Shown: positions 26,330-35,112 of the stretch, piece after piece | Layout: every line of letters starts with the position of its first letter | Position numbering within the stretch: the first letter of the stretch is position 1 | Assembly: GCA_035643535.1 (NCBI GenBank) | Contig: DASQQF010000147.1 | Coordinates: forward strand, 1-46,464 | Direction: 5' to 3' | From: Gaiellaceae bacterium | GTDB lineage: Bacteria > Actinomycetota > Thermoleophilia > Gaiellales > Gaiellaceae | DNA: 46,464 bases | Notes under the pieces: generated by a model | Databases searched by the model: none | The model's input: the letters and a program-made list of their open reading frames with translations, nothing else | What the model was told of the DNA's origin: nothing | Position numbers and translations under genes: made by a program

Positions 26330-26961
26330 GCCGCCTGCGAGCGGTCGCGCACGAGCGACTCGATCCGGTCGACGACGTCGTGCACCTGCAGGTTCGTCGT
26401 GTCGATCTCGACCGCGTCGGGGGCCGGCTGCATCCGGGCCGCATCGCTCTCGTCGCGGAGCCGCATGTCCGTGGCGAGCGCGTCGGCGCCGATGCCGGGC
26501 CGCTCGGCCATCCGCCGCCGCGCGCGTTCGTCGCGGTCGGCGACGAGGTAGACCTTCACCTGGGCGTCGGGGACGACGACGGTGCCGATGTCGCGGCCCT
26601 CGATCACGACGTCGCCTTCGCGGCCGAGCTGCCGCTGCCGCTGCCGCATCACCTCGCGCACCGCCGGATGACGCGCCACGACCGGAACCATCCGGTCGAC
26701 GCGTGTCTCGCGAATCGATGCGGTGACGTCGGTGTCGGCGATCCAGACCCGCTCCTCCTCGTCGAACACGACCGGCTCGTCGCGCGCGAGCTCCGCGAGC
26801 GCGTCGGCCGCCGACAGGTCGAGGCCGCGGAGCATCGCGAGCCAGGTGATCGCGCGGTACATCGCACCGGTGTCGAGATAGCGGAAGCCGAGACGCTGTG
26901 CGAGCGCGCGCGCCACGGTGCTCTTGCCCGCGCCGGCAGGGCCGTCGATCGCCACGATCAT
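26326..26961 (-). CDS. cmk: (d)CMP kinase
   Basis: 211 aa: IAIDGPAGAGKST P-loop, YLDTGAMYRA, GRDIGTVV. Confidence 0.9.
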   Translation of the reverse strand: MIVAIDGPAGAGKSTVARALAQRLGFRYLDTGAMYRAITWLAMLRGLDLSAADALAELARDEPVVFDEEERVWIADTDVTASIRETRVDRMVPVVARHPAVREVMRQRQRQLGREGDVVIEGRDIGTVVVPDAQVKVYLVADRDERARRRMAERPGIGADALATDMRLRDESDAARMQPAPDAVEIDTTNLQVHDVVDRIESLVRDRSQAA

Positions 26962-27004
26962 TCCCGGGGCCCCCGGAAGATGCGAAGTACGTCTTGAGGT
27001 GTCG

Positions 27005-28282
27005 TCACCGTCTCGTCACCGACTCCAGCAGGTCGTAGAAGCCGGGGAAGCTTATAGCCGCCGTGTCGGCCCCCTCGATCGCCACGCCCTCCCGTGAGGC
27101 GAGTCCGGCCACGGCGCCGAGCATGGCGATGCGGTGGTCGCCACGCGCGTCGAGGCGCCCCCCGCGCAGTCGGGCGGGGACGCCGGTGATCGTCCAGCCG
27201 TCCTCCTGCGAGTGGATCCGCGCCCCGAGAGAGCGCAGGCCGTCCGTCACGGCCTCGATCCGGTCGCTCTCCTTGACCCGCAGCTCGCCGGCGCCGCGGA
27301 CGCGCGTCTCCCCTCGCGCGTGGGAGGCGAGGAGCGCGACGAGCGGCAGCTCGTCCACGAGCGCGGGCACCTCCTCCGCGCGCACCTCGGTCGCCACGAG
27401 CTCGCCCGGCTGGACCTGGACGGAGGCGACGGGCTCGCCGCCCGCGCGGCGCCGCTCGAAGACCGAGACGCGCGCGCCCATCCTCTCGAGCACCTCGAGA
27501 AGACGCGTGCGGCGCGGGTTCACGCCGAGGTCGTGCACCGTGACGTCGCTGCCCGGGACGAGGGCGGCGGCGGCGAGCAGCGGCGCGGCCGACGAGAAGT
27601 CGCCGGGAACGGCGATCTCGCCGAGCCGCAGCGCGCCGGCCGGCTCGACGGTCACCGAGGAGGGCCGGCGCCGCACCCGCGCTCCCGCCGCCTCGAGCAT
27701 CAGCTCGGTGTGGTCCCGCGTCGGCACCCGCTCGACGACGGTCGTCGGGCCGTCGGCGTTGAGGCCGGCGAGGAGGATTGCGGACTTCACCTGTGCGCTC
27801 GCCACCTCGGGCTCGAGCTCGACACCGCGCAGCGAGCCCGACCCGCGGACGGTGAGCGGCGCGTGCCCCTCGGTCGTCTCTACATCCGCCCCCATCCGCC
27901 GCAGCGGCGCGGCGACCCGCTCCATCGGACGCGCCGAGAGCGACTGGTCGCCGGTGAGCGTGAACTCGGCCTCCTGGCCTGCACAGATCCCGGCGAGCAG
28001 GCGCATGAGCGTCCCCGCGTTGCCGCAGTCGACCGTCCCCGCCCGCAGCCCGCGCAGCCCGACGCCGTGGACGACGAGCTCGTCGTCCGCGACGTCCTCC
28101 ACCTCCACCCCGAGCGTCCGCACCGCCTCGACCGTGGCGAGCGTGTCGCCCGAGCGGCCGAAGCCGCGGATCCGCGCCTCTCCCTCGCCGAGCGCGCCGA
28201 GCAGCACGGCGCGGTGCGAGATCGACTTGTCCCCGGGGACGACGACGTGCCCGACGAGCGCCGCCGCGGGCTCCACACGCAT
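27005..28282 (-). CDS. aroA: 3-phosphoshikimate 1-carboxyvinyltransferase (EPSP synthase)
   Basis: 425 aa from ATG 28282: PGDKSISHRAVLL, DCGNAGTLMRLL, LRVKESDRI, DHRIAM. Confidence 0.9.
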   Translation of the reverse strand: MRVEPAAALVGHVVVPGDKSISHRAVLLGALGEGEARIRGFGRSGDTLATVEAVRTLGVEVEDVADDELVVHGVGLRGLRAGTVDCGNAGTLMRLLAGICAGQEAEFTLTGDQSLSARPMERVAAPLRRMGADVETTEGHAPLTVRGSGSLRGVELEPEVASAQVKSAILLAGLNADGPTTVVERVPTRDHTELMLEAAGARVRRRPSSVTVEPAGALRLGEIAVPGDFSSAAPLLAAAALVPGSDVTVHDLGVNPRRTRLLEVLERMGARVSVFERRRAGGEPVASVQVQPGELVATEVRAEEVPALVDELPLVALLASHARGETRVRGAGELRVKESDRIEAVTDGLRSLGARIHSQEDGWTITGVPARLRGGRLDARGDHRIAMLGAVAGLASREGVAIEGADTAAISFPGFYDLLESVTRR

Positions 28283-28286
28283 CGCT

Positions 28287-29327
28287 TCAGCCGATCGTGC
28301 GGCCCATGAGGGACGCGAGGGCGCGGATCTCGTCCGCGAACTCGTGGAACTCCGAGGTCGGAATCTGCTGGGCGGCGTCACAGAGCGCCTCCTCGGGGTG
28401 CGGGTGCACCTCGACGATGATCCCGTCCGCGCCGGCCGCGACCGCGGCGCGCGCGAGCGGCAGGACGAGATCGCGCCGCCCGGCGGCGTGAGACGGGTCG
28501 ACGATCACGGGCAGGTGCGTCTCCTGCTTCAGCACCGGGATCGCGCCGATGTCGAGCGTGAACCGCGTGGCCGTCTCGAACGTCTTGATCCCGCGCTCGC
28601 AGAGGATCACCTCGGAGTTGCCCTCCTTGACGATGTACTCGGCCGCCATCAGGAGGTCCTCGACCGTCGAGGAGAGGCCGCGCTTGAGCAGCACCGGCTT
28701 GGGCGCGCGCCCGACCTCGGAGAGGAGCGAGAAGTTCGACATGTTGCGGGCGCCGATCTGGATCACGTCGGCGGCCGCGACGACCGCCTCGACGTGGCGC
28801 GGGTCCATCAGTTCGGTGACGAGCGGCAGCCCCGTCTCCTCGCGCGCCTCCTCGAGGATCTCGAGCGCCTCGTCGCCGAGCCCCTGGAACGCGTACGGCG
28901 AGGTGCGCGGCTTGAACGCGCCGCCCCGCAGCATCGTCACGCCCTCGGCGGCGACCGCGCGCGCGGTCTCGAGCGTCTGCTCGCGCGTCTCGACCGTGCA
29001 CGGTCCTGCGACGAAGCCGAAGTAGCCGTCGCCGATGCGGCGCCCGCGCGCCTCGATCACCGTCGGGTCGGGCGAGAGCTCGCGCGAGACGAGCTTGTAC
29101 GGCTTGAGGATCGGCAGCACCTGCTCGACGCCCGCGTACCCCTCGAGCGGCAGCGTCGCGAGCAGCTCGCGCTCGCCGATCGCGCCGATCACGGTCGCCT
29201 CTCGCCCCGGCGTGACGAGGGCCGAGCACCCGGCCTCCTCGAGGCGCGCGACGACCTCGTCGACCTGCTCGGAGGTCGCGTGCGCGCCCATCACGATGAG
29301 CAGCTCGGGTGCGCCGGTCACGGCCAT
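28287..29327 (-). CDS. aroF: 3-deoxy-7-phosphoheptulonate (DAHP) synthase, type I-beta, with an N-terminal ferredoxin-like regulatory domain
   Basis: 346 aa. The N-terminal roughly 75 aa (LIVMGAHATSEQVDEVVARLEE...VLPILKPYKLVSRE) resemble the Thermotoga-type regulatory domain. The core has GPCTVE, GAFKPRTSPY, IGARN, KRG and DPSH. Confidence 0.85.
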   Translation of the reverse strand: MAVTGAPELLIVMGAHATSEQVDEVVARLEEAGCSALVTPGREATVIGAIGERELLATLPLEGYAGVEQVLPILKPYKLVSRELSPDPTVIEARGRRIGDGYFGFVAGPCTVETREQTLETARAVAAEGVTMLRGGAFKPRTSPYAFQGLGDEALEILEEAREETGLPLVTELMDPRHVEAVVAAADVIQIGARNMSNFSLLSEVGRAPKPVLLKRGLSSTVEDLLMAAEYIVKEGNSEVILCERGIKTFETATRFTLDIGAIPVLKQETHLPVIVDPSHAAGRRDLVLPLARAAVAAGADGIIVEVHPHPEEALCDAAQQIPTSEFHEFADEIRALASLMGRTIG

Positions 29328-29355
29328 CGCGGAAGCTTAGGCAGAATCAGCGTCG

Positions 29356-30393
29356 ATGAACGACGAGCCGCGCGTCTTCTCGGGAATCCAGCCCACGGGC
29401 ACGAAGACCCTGGGCAACTACAGCGGCGGCTTCCGGCAGTACGCGCAGACGCAGGAGACGCATGACGCGTTCTTCTGCATCGTCGACCTCCACTCGATCA
29501 CGGTCGAGTACGACCCGCAGGAGCTGCGCGAGTCGACGCTCGACCTCGCCGCGCTCCTCTTCGCGACGGGTCTCGACGCGGAACGCTCGACCGTGTTCTG
29601 CCAGAGCCACGTGACGGCGCATGCCGAGGCGGCGTGGCTGCTGAGCGCGGTGACGAGCTACGGCCAGCTCGGCCGGATGACGCAGTTCAAGGAGAAGGCG
29701 GACCGGCACGAGTTCGTCTCGGCGGGCCTCTTCACGTACCCCGTGCTGATGGCGGGAGACATCCTCCTGTACCAGACCGATCTCGTGCCGATCGGCGACG
29801 ACCAGCGGCAGCATCTCGAGCTGGCGCGCGATATCGCCGAACGCTTCAACTACCGCTACGGCGAGACGTTTCGCGTGCCCGACGGGAAGTTTCCGGAGGT
29901 CGGCGGGAGGATCATGGATCTGCAGGAGCCGGCGAACAAGATGTCGACGACGCTCTCGTCGGAGCAGGGCGCCGTCTACATCGTCGACCCACCCGACGCC
30001 ATCCGGAAGAAGTTCCGCTCCGCCGTCACCGACTCGGGGCGCGAGGTGCGCCACGACCCGCAGGAGAAGCCGGGCGTGTCGAACCTGCTCGAGATCATGA
30101 ACGTCGCCACCGGTGAGCCGATCGAGGCGCTCGAGCGGCGGTTCGACGGGGCCGGCTACGGCGAGTTGAAGGAGGCGGTCGGCGAGGCGGTCATCGAGCT
30201 GCTCGCCCCGATCCGCGAACGATTCGAGGCGCTCCGCGCCGACGAGCGCGAGCTGCAGCGGCTGCTCGCGATCGGCGCCGAGAAGGCGCGCCGGGCGAGC
30301 GAGCCCACGCTCGAGGAGATCTACGACCGCATGGGCTTCGTGAAGGCGGAAGCCGGGCGGCTCTTCGGAGCGGCGCGGCCCCGCCGTCTGTAG
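29356..30393 (+). CDS. trpS: Tryptophan--tRNA ligase
   Basis: 345 aa: FSGIQPTG..TLGNY (HIGH-region equivalent), GDDQRQHLEL, KMSTT (KMSKS variant). Confidence 0.95.
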   Translation: MNDEPRVFSGIQPTGTKTLGNYSGGFRQYAQTQETHDAFFCIVDLHSITVEYDPQELRESTLDLAALLFATGLDAERSTVFCQSHVTAHAEAAWLLSAVTSYGQLGRMTQFKEKADRHEFVSAGLFTYPVLMAGDILLYQTDLVPIGDDQRQHLELARDIAERFNYRYGETFRVPDGKFPEVGGRIMDLQEPANKMSTTLSSEQGAVYIVDPPDAIRKKFRSAVTDSGREVRHDPQEKPGVSNLLEIMNVATGEPIEALERRFDGAGYGELKEAVGEAVIELLAPIRERFEALRADERELQRLLAIGAEKARRASEPTLEEIYDRMGFVKAEAGRLFGAARPRRL

Positions 30394-30546
30394 GTGGAAC
30401 CGGCCGCGCGTTCGTTGTAGCCTCGCGCCGAGCGTCGGGTCACAGCTTCGTATCAGCCGCGCAACCAGCACGACGCCCATGCGTGCCCACGCGGCGGCGA
30501 GGCTCCCGGCGACTGCGACGGAAACGTCAAACAGAGGGGGAGGTAG

Positions 30547-31656
30547 ATGAAGAAGCTGTCAGCTCTCGCCGCGCTCGCGGCCGCGGGCATCGCGGCGCTC
30601 GTCACCGTGCAGATCGCGGGCGCGACCGGCGGACACAGGCACGACGAGCATCACGGCCAGAACGTCCGCCACATCTTCGTGATCATGCTCGAGAACCACT
30701 CGCAGCAGAGCGTGATCGGCGACCAGTACGCGCCGTACATCACCTCGCTGGCACAGAAGTACGCGAGCGCTTCCGACTACTACGGCGTCACGCACCCGAG
30801 CGAGCCGAACTACGTCGCGCTGTTCTCCGGCTCGAACTGGTGGATCAACAACGACAGCCCGGACAACCGGTACGACCACGTCAACCTGGTCGACGAGCTC
30901 GAGGCGGCTCACAAGACGTGGGGCGCGTACATGGAGGCGATGCCGGCCGACGACAAGACGGTCGACTACTGGCCGAGCTCGGGCAACGCCCTCTACGCGT
31001 CGAAGCACAACCCGTTCGTCCTGTTCGACGACGTCCGGAACAACCCGGCGCGGATGGAGAACGTGAAGCCGTACACCTCCTTCGCGAGTGACCTCTCGAA
31101 GGAGCGCACGACACCGGACTTCTCCTTCATCGTCCCGGACCAGTGCAACGACATGCACGGCGGCGTCTACACCGCGGTGCCGGGCCACCCCGAGACGCCG
31201 TGCCCGTACAACTCGACGAACGACGATCCTGCCGACATCGAGCTGAAGCAGAACGCCGATGCGTTCGTGAAGAAGACGGTGCAGACGATCATGGCCAGCC
31301 CGTCGTGGCACGAGGGGCAGGACGCCATCTTCGTCGTGTCGGACGAGGGCGACTACACCGGTAACACCCAGACAGGCGGGTGGGCATCCCCCGCCGGTTG
31401 TTGCGACTCGCCGGTGGTCCCCGCGGGCGCTCCGGACATCAGCGCGTCCTGGCCCGGCGGCGTCTACGGCGGCGGGCTCGTCCCGGCGGTCGTGGTCGTC
31501 AACCGCGGCGGCAAGACCGGCGGCTACGTCAGCGACACGCCGTACAACCACTACTCGCTCCTCGCGACGATCGAGGACGTCTGGAACCTGCCGAAGCTCG
31601 CCTATACGGCGGACACCGCGCAGGTCGAGCCGATGACGGAGTTCTTCACGAAGTAG
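30547..31656 (+). CDS. Secreted phosphoesterase-family protein (acid phosphatase / non-haemolytic phospholipase C family)
   Basis: 369 aa with a signal peptide MKKLSALAALAAAGIAALVTVQIAGA and a His-rich segment GGHRHDEHHG. It also has IFVIMLENHS, THPSEPNY and QCNDMHG motifs. A GGGGGAGG Shine-Dalgarno sequence lies upstream. Confidence 0.75.
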   Translation: MKKLSALAALAAAGIAALVTVQIAGATGGHRHDEHHGQNVRHIFVIMLENHSQQSVIGDQYAPYITSLAQKYASASDYYGVTHPSEPNYVALFSGSNWWINNDSPDNRYDHVNLVDELEAAHKTWGAYMEAMPADDKTVDYWPSSGNALYASKHNPFVLFDDVRNNPARMENVKPYTSFASDLSKERTTPDFSFIVPDQCNDMHGGVYTAVPGHPETPCPYNSTNDDPADIELKQNADAFVKKTVQTIMASPSWHEGQDAIFVVSDEGDYTGNTQTGGWASPAGCCDSPVVPAGAPDISASWPGGVYGGGLVPAVVVVNRGGKTGGYVSDTPYNHYSLLATIEDVWNLPKLAYTADTAQVEPMTEFFTK

Positions 31657-31669
31657 GCAAGGCAAGTCG

Positions 31670-31706
31670 CCGGCCCCGCTCCGCCGTCCCGCGGCGGCGG
31701 GGCCGG
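31670..31706 (+). terminator. Putative intrinsic terminator between the two phosphoesterase genes
   Basis: CCGGCCCCGC ... GCGGGGCCGG 10-bp stem with an inner CCGC/GCGG extension, starting 14 nt after the stop. No U-tract. Confidence 0.4.
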
Positions 31707-31751
31707 TGCCCCTGCGGCGAACGACCCACCACAACCCAGGGAGGAGGATCG

Positions 31752-34049
31752 ATGAAGAGAGGCACCGCAGCGACACTACTCGCAGCCGCAGCACTCGCCG
31801 CGCTCGTCGCCGTGCAGGTGGCGGGCGCCACCCGCTCTCGGGGCGCGAAGCCGGCCTCCAAGGCGGCGTCGTGCAGGCTCGGGAACGGGATCGAGCACGT
31901 GATCAACATCGTCTTCGACAACGTCCACTTCTCGCGGGACAACCCGAACGTCCCGTCCGACCTCGAGCAGATGCCGCACCTGCTCGACTTCCTGAAGCAG
32001 TACGGCACGGTGTTCTCGAACTCGCACACGCCGCTGATCGCCCACACGGCCGATGACAGCCTCACGATCTACACGGGCCTGTACGGCGACCGGCACGGGC
32101 AGCCGCTCACGAACTCGTACAAGGTGTACAACCCGGACGGCTCGACCGATCCGGCTGCCTCCTTCGCGTACTGGACGTCGCCGGTCGTCGACACGACGAC
32201 CAACCCGCCGAAGGCGAGCACCGTCGACAGCGCTCCGACGATGGCGTACGGCGGCGGCGGCGTCACACCGGCGCCGTGGGTGCCGTTCACGCGCGCCGGC
32301 TGCTCGGTGGGCGACTTCTCGAGCGCGAACATGGTGCTCGAGAACGCGGGCGTCGACATCCCGACGGTGTTCGGCCCGAACTCGCCCGAGGCGAACCAGA
32401 CCGCTGCCGACCCGAACCCGTACAAGGACGCGGAGGTCGCCCAGTACATCGGCGAGGCGATCCACTGCGCGAAGGGCGCGGCCATCTGCGCCGGCTCGTC
32501 GCGTCCGGTCGCCGACGCACTACCGAGCGAGCCGGGCGGCTACCACGGCTACCAGGCGCTCTTCGGCGCCAAGTACATCGCCCCCGCGATCGGCGGCGGC
32601 CCGAACCAGTTCCACGACGGCTACCGGGTCACCGACGCGAACGGGAACCTCGTCGACCTGAACGGCAACACCCTCGGCGAGCCGTACGGCGGCGGGCCCG
32701 GCTTCACGGGCTTCAACCCGACGGCGACGCAGACGCTCGCCGTGCTCGCGGACATGCAGGAGGCAGGGATCCCGGTCACGTACGGCTACATCTCGGACCT
32801 GCACGAGCGCAAGTCCGACACGACGACCGGGTGCACGTCCGACACGTCGTCGAAGGGCGTCGGCAGGCCGCTCGGCCCGGGCGACGCGTGCTACGTCGCG
32901 AACGCACGGCACTACGACCAGGCGTTCCAGACGTTCTTCGAGCGGCTCCAGGCCGACGGGATCACGCCGGCGAACACGCTGTTCGTGATCAGCGCGGAGG
33001 AGGGCGATCAGTTCGCGGGCGCGAACGTCGGCCGGGCGACCCAGCCCACGCCGGCCGGCTGTGACGGCGTCACCACGCCGTGCAACTACGCCCCGGGCCA
33101 GATCGGGGAGCTCCAGGCGAACATCAAGGGCCTCCTCTCCGGCACGGCGAGCGCGGGCACGCAGTTCGACATCGAGCCGCAGGGCGCGTCGATCTACGTG
33201 CACGGCAACCCGCCGGCGAACGACCCCACGGTCCGCCAGCTCGAGCGTGACACGGCGGCGATGACCAACCCCCACGACCCGTACTCCGGCGTCGACAACG
33301 AGAAGATCGTCCGCTACCAGGCGGGCGCGCTCGAAGAGCGGGTGCTGCACATGCAGACGATCGACCCGCTGCGCCTGCCGACGTACACGATGTTCCCGAA
33401 GCCCGACTACTACTTCTCGACGTCGGGCCCGAACGTCGGCATCAACGACTACTACGCCTACGACCACGGCTACTACAGCCCGAACATCGACGTGACCTGG
33501 GTCGGCGTCGCAGGCAAGGGCGTGGCTGTCCGAGGGGTCGACGGGCCCGACCCGGCGCACGGGAACCAGCCGAGCGACCCCGAGTCGACGAACACGGTCC
33601 CGCAGGCGAGCACGGTCGGCACGTGGGTCGAGGAGACCGACATCCGGCCGACCATGCTCTACCTGCTCGGCCTGCGCGACGACTACCAGTCCGACGGCCA
33701 CGTGATCACGCAGGCGCTCGCGTCGGCGCCGCGGGCGCTCGCCGCGACCGAGCAGCTCGCCGCCGGCTACGACCAGATCGAGTCGAGCGTCGGGCAGTTC
33801 GGAACGGACACGCTCATCGCCGACACGCGGGCGCTCGCATCGGGCTCCGGCTCGAACGACCGCGTCTACAGGAGAGAGCAGGCGAAGCTGCGTGCCCTGG
33901 CGAACGACCGGGACAGGGCGGCCGCCAGGATCGAGAAGGTGCTCTCGGCCGCCGCGGCCGGGAGGATGCCGAGCCACGGCGAGGTGCGGAGCGGGCTCTC
34001 ACTGGTGCGGGAGCTCCTGCGACGGGCCGACCGGCTCGCCGCGTCGTAG
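31752..34049 (+). CDS. Large secreted alkaline-phosphatase-superfamily (phosphoesterase-like) protein of unknown specificity
   Basis: ATG at 31752 is preceded by GGAGGAGG. The 765-aa product has a signal peptide MKRGTAATLLAAAALAALVAVQVAGA. Its N-terminal block VINIVFDNVHF...HTPLIAHTADDSLTIYTGLYGDRHG aligns by eye with the ENHS...THPSEPNY block of the upstream paralog and with NPP-type TGLYPxxHG. The C-terminal tail is helical. Confidence 0.55.
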   Translation: MKRGTAATLLAAAALAALVAVQVAGATRSRGAKPASKAASCRLGNGIEHVINIVFDNVHFSRDNPNVPSDLEQMPHLLDFLKQYGTVFSNSHTPLIAHTADDSLTIYTGLYGDRHGQPLTNSYKVYNPDGSTDPAASFAYWTSPVVDTTTNPPKASTVDSAPTMAYGGGGVTPAPWVPFTRAGCSVGDFSSANMVLENAGVDIPTVFGPNSPEANQTAADPNPYKDAEVAQYIGEAIHCAKGAAICAGSSRPVADALPSEPGGYHGYQALFGAKYIAPAIGGGPNQFHDGYRVTDANGNLVDLNGNTLGEPYGGGPGFTGFNPTATQTLAVLADMQEAGIPVTYGYISDLHERKSDTTTGCTSDTSSKGVGRPLGPGDACYVANARHYDQAFQTFFERLQADGITPANTLFVISAEEGDQFAGANVGRATQPTPAGCDGVTTPCNYAPGQIGELQANIKGLLSGTASAGTQFDIEPQGASIYVHGNPPANDPTVRQLERDTAAMTNPHDPYSGVDNEKIVRYQAGALEERVLHMQTIDPLRLPTYTMFPKPDYYFSTSGPNVGINDYYAYDHGYYSPNIDVTWVGVAGKGVAVRGVDGPDPAHGNQPSDPESTNTVPQASTVGTWVEETDIRPTMLYLLGLRDDYQSDGHVITQALASAPRALAATEQLAAGYDQIESSVGQFGTDTLIADTRALASGSGSNDRVYRREQAKLRALANDRDRAAARIEKVLSAAAAGRMPSHGEVRSGLSLVRELLRRADRLAAS

Positions 34050-34718
34050 TCGCCGGACTTCGGAGGGCTCGAGCTCGCGCCACGCGCCGGGCTCGAGCCC
34101 TTCGAGCGTCAGGCCGGCGTAGGCGGAGCGGTGCAGCCGCGCCACCGGATGGCCCACGGCGGCGAGCATCCGCTTCACCTGGTGCTTGCGTCCTTCGTGG
34201 AGGGCGAGCTCGACGCGGCCCGCGCCGAGGCGCCGCGCGCCGGCGGGTGCGGTTCGGCCGTCCTCGAGCTCCACCCCCTCGCGCAGGCGCCGGAGCGCGT
34301 TCTCGTCCGGATCGCCCTCGACCTCGGCGACGTACGTCTTCTCGACGCCGTAGCGCGGGTGCGCGAGGCGGTGCGCGAGCTGCCCGTCGTTCGTCAGGAG
34401 GAGCGCACCGGTCGTGTCGGCGTCGAGGCGGCCGACCGGGACGACGCGCGGCTCGTGCGGGACGAGCTCGACGACCGTCGGGCGCCCCTGCGGGTCGCGC
34501 GCGGTCGTGACGACGCCCGCCGGCTTGTGCAGGAGCACGTAGGCGAGCGGCTGGCGGGCCACCTCCTCCCCGTCGAGCGCGACGCGGTCGTGCGCCCGCA
34601 CGACGGTGTCGAGCCGGCCGGGCTCGCCGTTGACGGTGACGCGCCCGGCCTTGATCAGGTCGTCGGCCCGCCGCCGTGAGGCGACGCCGGCCCGCGCGAG
34701 ATACGCGTTGAGGCGCAT
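33999..34718 (-). CDS. rluB: Pseudouridine synthase, RsuA/RluB family
   Basis: ATG at 34718. It has an S4 domain (MRLNAYLARAGVASRRRADDLI) and the catalytic GRLDADTTGALLLTND motif. Its 3' end overlaps the convergent gene by 51 nt. Confidence 0.8.
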   Translation of the reverse strand: MRLNAYLARAGVASRRRADDLIKAGRVTVNGEPGRLDTVVRAHDRVALDGEEVARQPLAYVLLHKPAGVVTTARDPQGRPTVVELVPHEPRVVPVGRLDADTTGALLLTNDGQLAHRLAHPRYGVEKTYVAEVEGDPDENALRRLREGVELEDGRTAPAGARRLGAGRVELALHEGRKHQVKRMLAAVGHPVARLHRSAYAGLTLEGLEPGAWRELEPSEVRRLRRGEPVGPSQELPHQ

Positions 34719-34742
34719 CCTGGGAAGATATGAGCACCGCCG

Positions 34743-35033
34743 ATGCCGCACTACATCTCGCTGATGCGCTGGACCTCACAGGGGCGGGCCGGCCTGCCCG
34801 CCTGGCGCGACCGCATCGAGGACGGGGAGCGCGAGATCGAGGCTGCGGGCGGGAGGCTCGTGGGCGTCTGGGTGACGTTCGGCCGCTACGACGTCGTCGA
34901 GGTGTTCGAGGCGCCCGACGACGCCACCGCGCTCGAGATCATGACGCGGCTCGGCCGGCACGGCGCCGAGCAGACCGAGACGCTGCGCGCGTTCACGCGC
35001 CGGGAGGCGGAGGAGATCATCAAGAAGCTCTAG
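34743..35033 (+). CDS. GYD domain-containing protein
   Basis: 96 aa: MPHYISLMRWT...VWVTFGRYDVVEVFEAPDD.... The length, N-terminus and GxYD core are typical of the GYD family. Confidence 0.75.
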   Translation: MPHYISLMRWTSQGRAGLPAWRDRIEDGEREIEAAGGRLVGVWVTFGRYDVVEVFEAPDDATALEIMTRLGRHGAEQTETLRAFTRREAEEIIKKL

Positions 35034-35073
35034 ACCCTCGCGAACTCCTGCGGAGTCCGCTCGGCCGATGAGG

Positions 35074-35108
35074 CGCTCCGCGCGGGCGAGACGCGGAGCG
35101 TCTCGCCC
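35074..35108. terminator. Overlapping alternative 9-bp hairpins between convergent genes (putative bidirectional terminator)
   Basis: CGCTCCGCG/CGCGGAGCG and GGGCGAGAC/GTCTCGCCC stems share the central segment. They lie between the GYD gene stop (35033) and the scpB stop (35113). Confidence 0.4.
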
Positions 35109-35112
35109 GAAT

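Noticed and set aside
29328-29355. Looked for a T-box or tryptophan attenuator leader upstream of trpS.
   Set aside because: The whole divergent intergenic region is 28 nt, so there is no space for a leader RNA.
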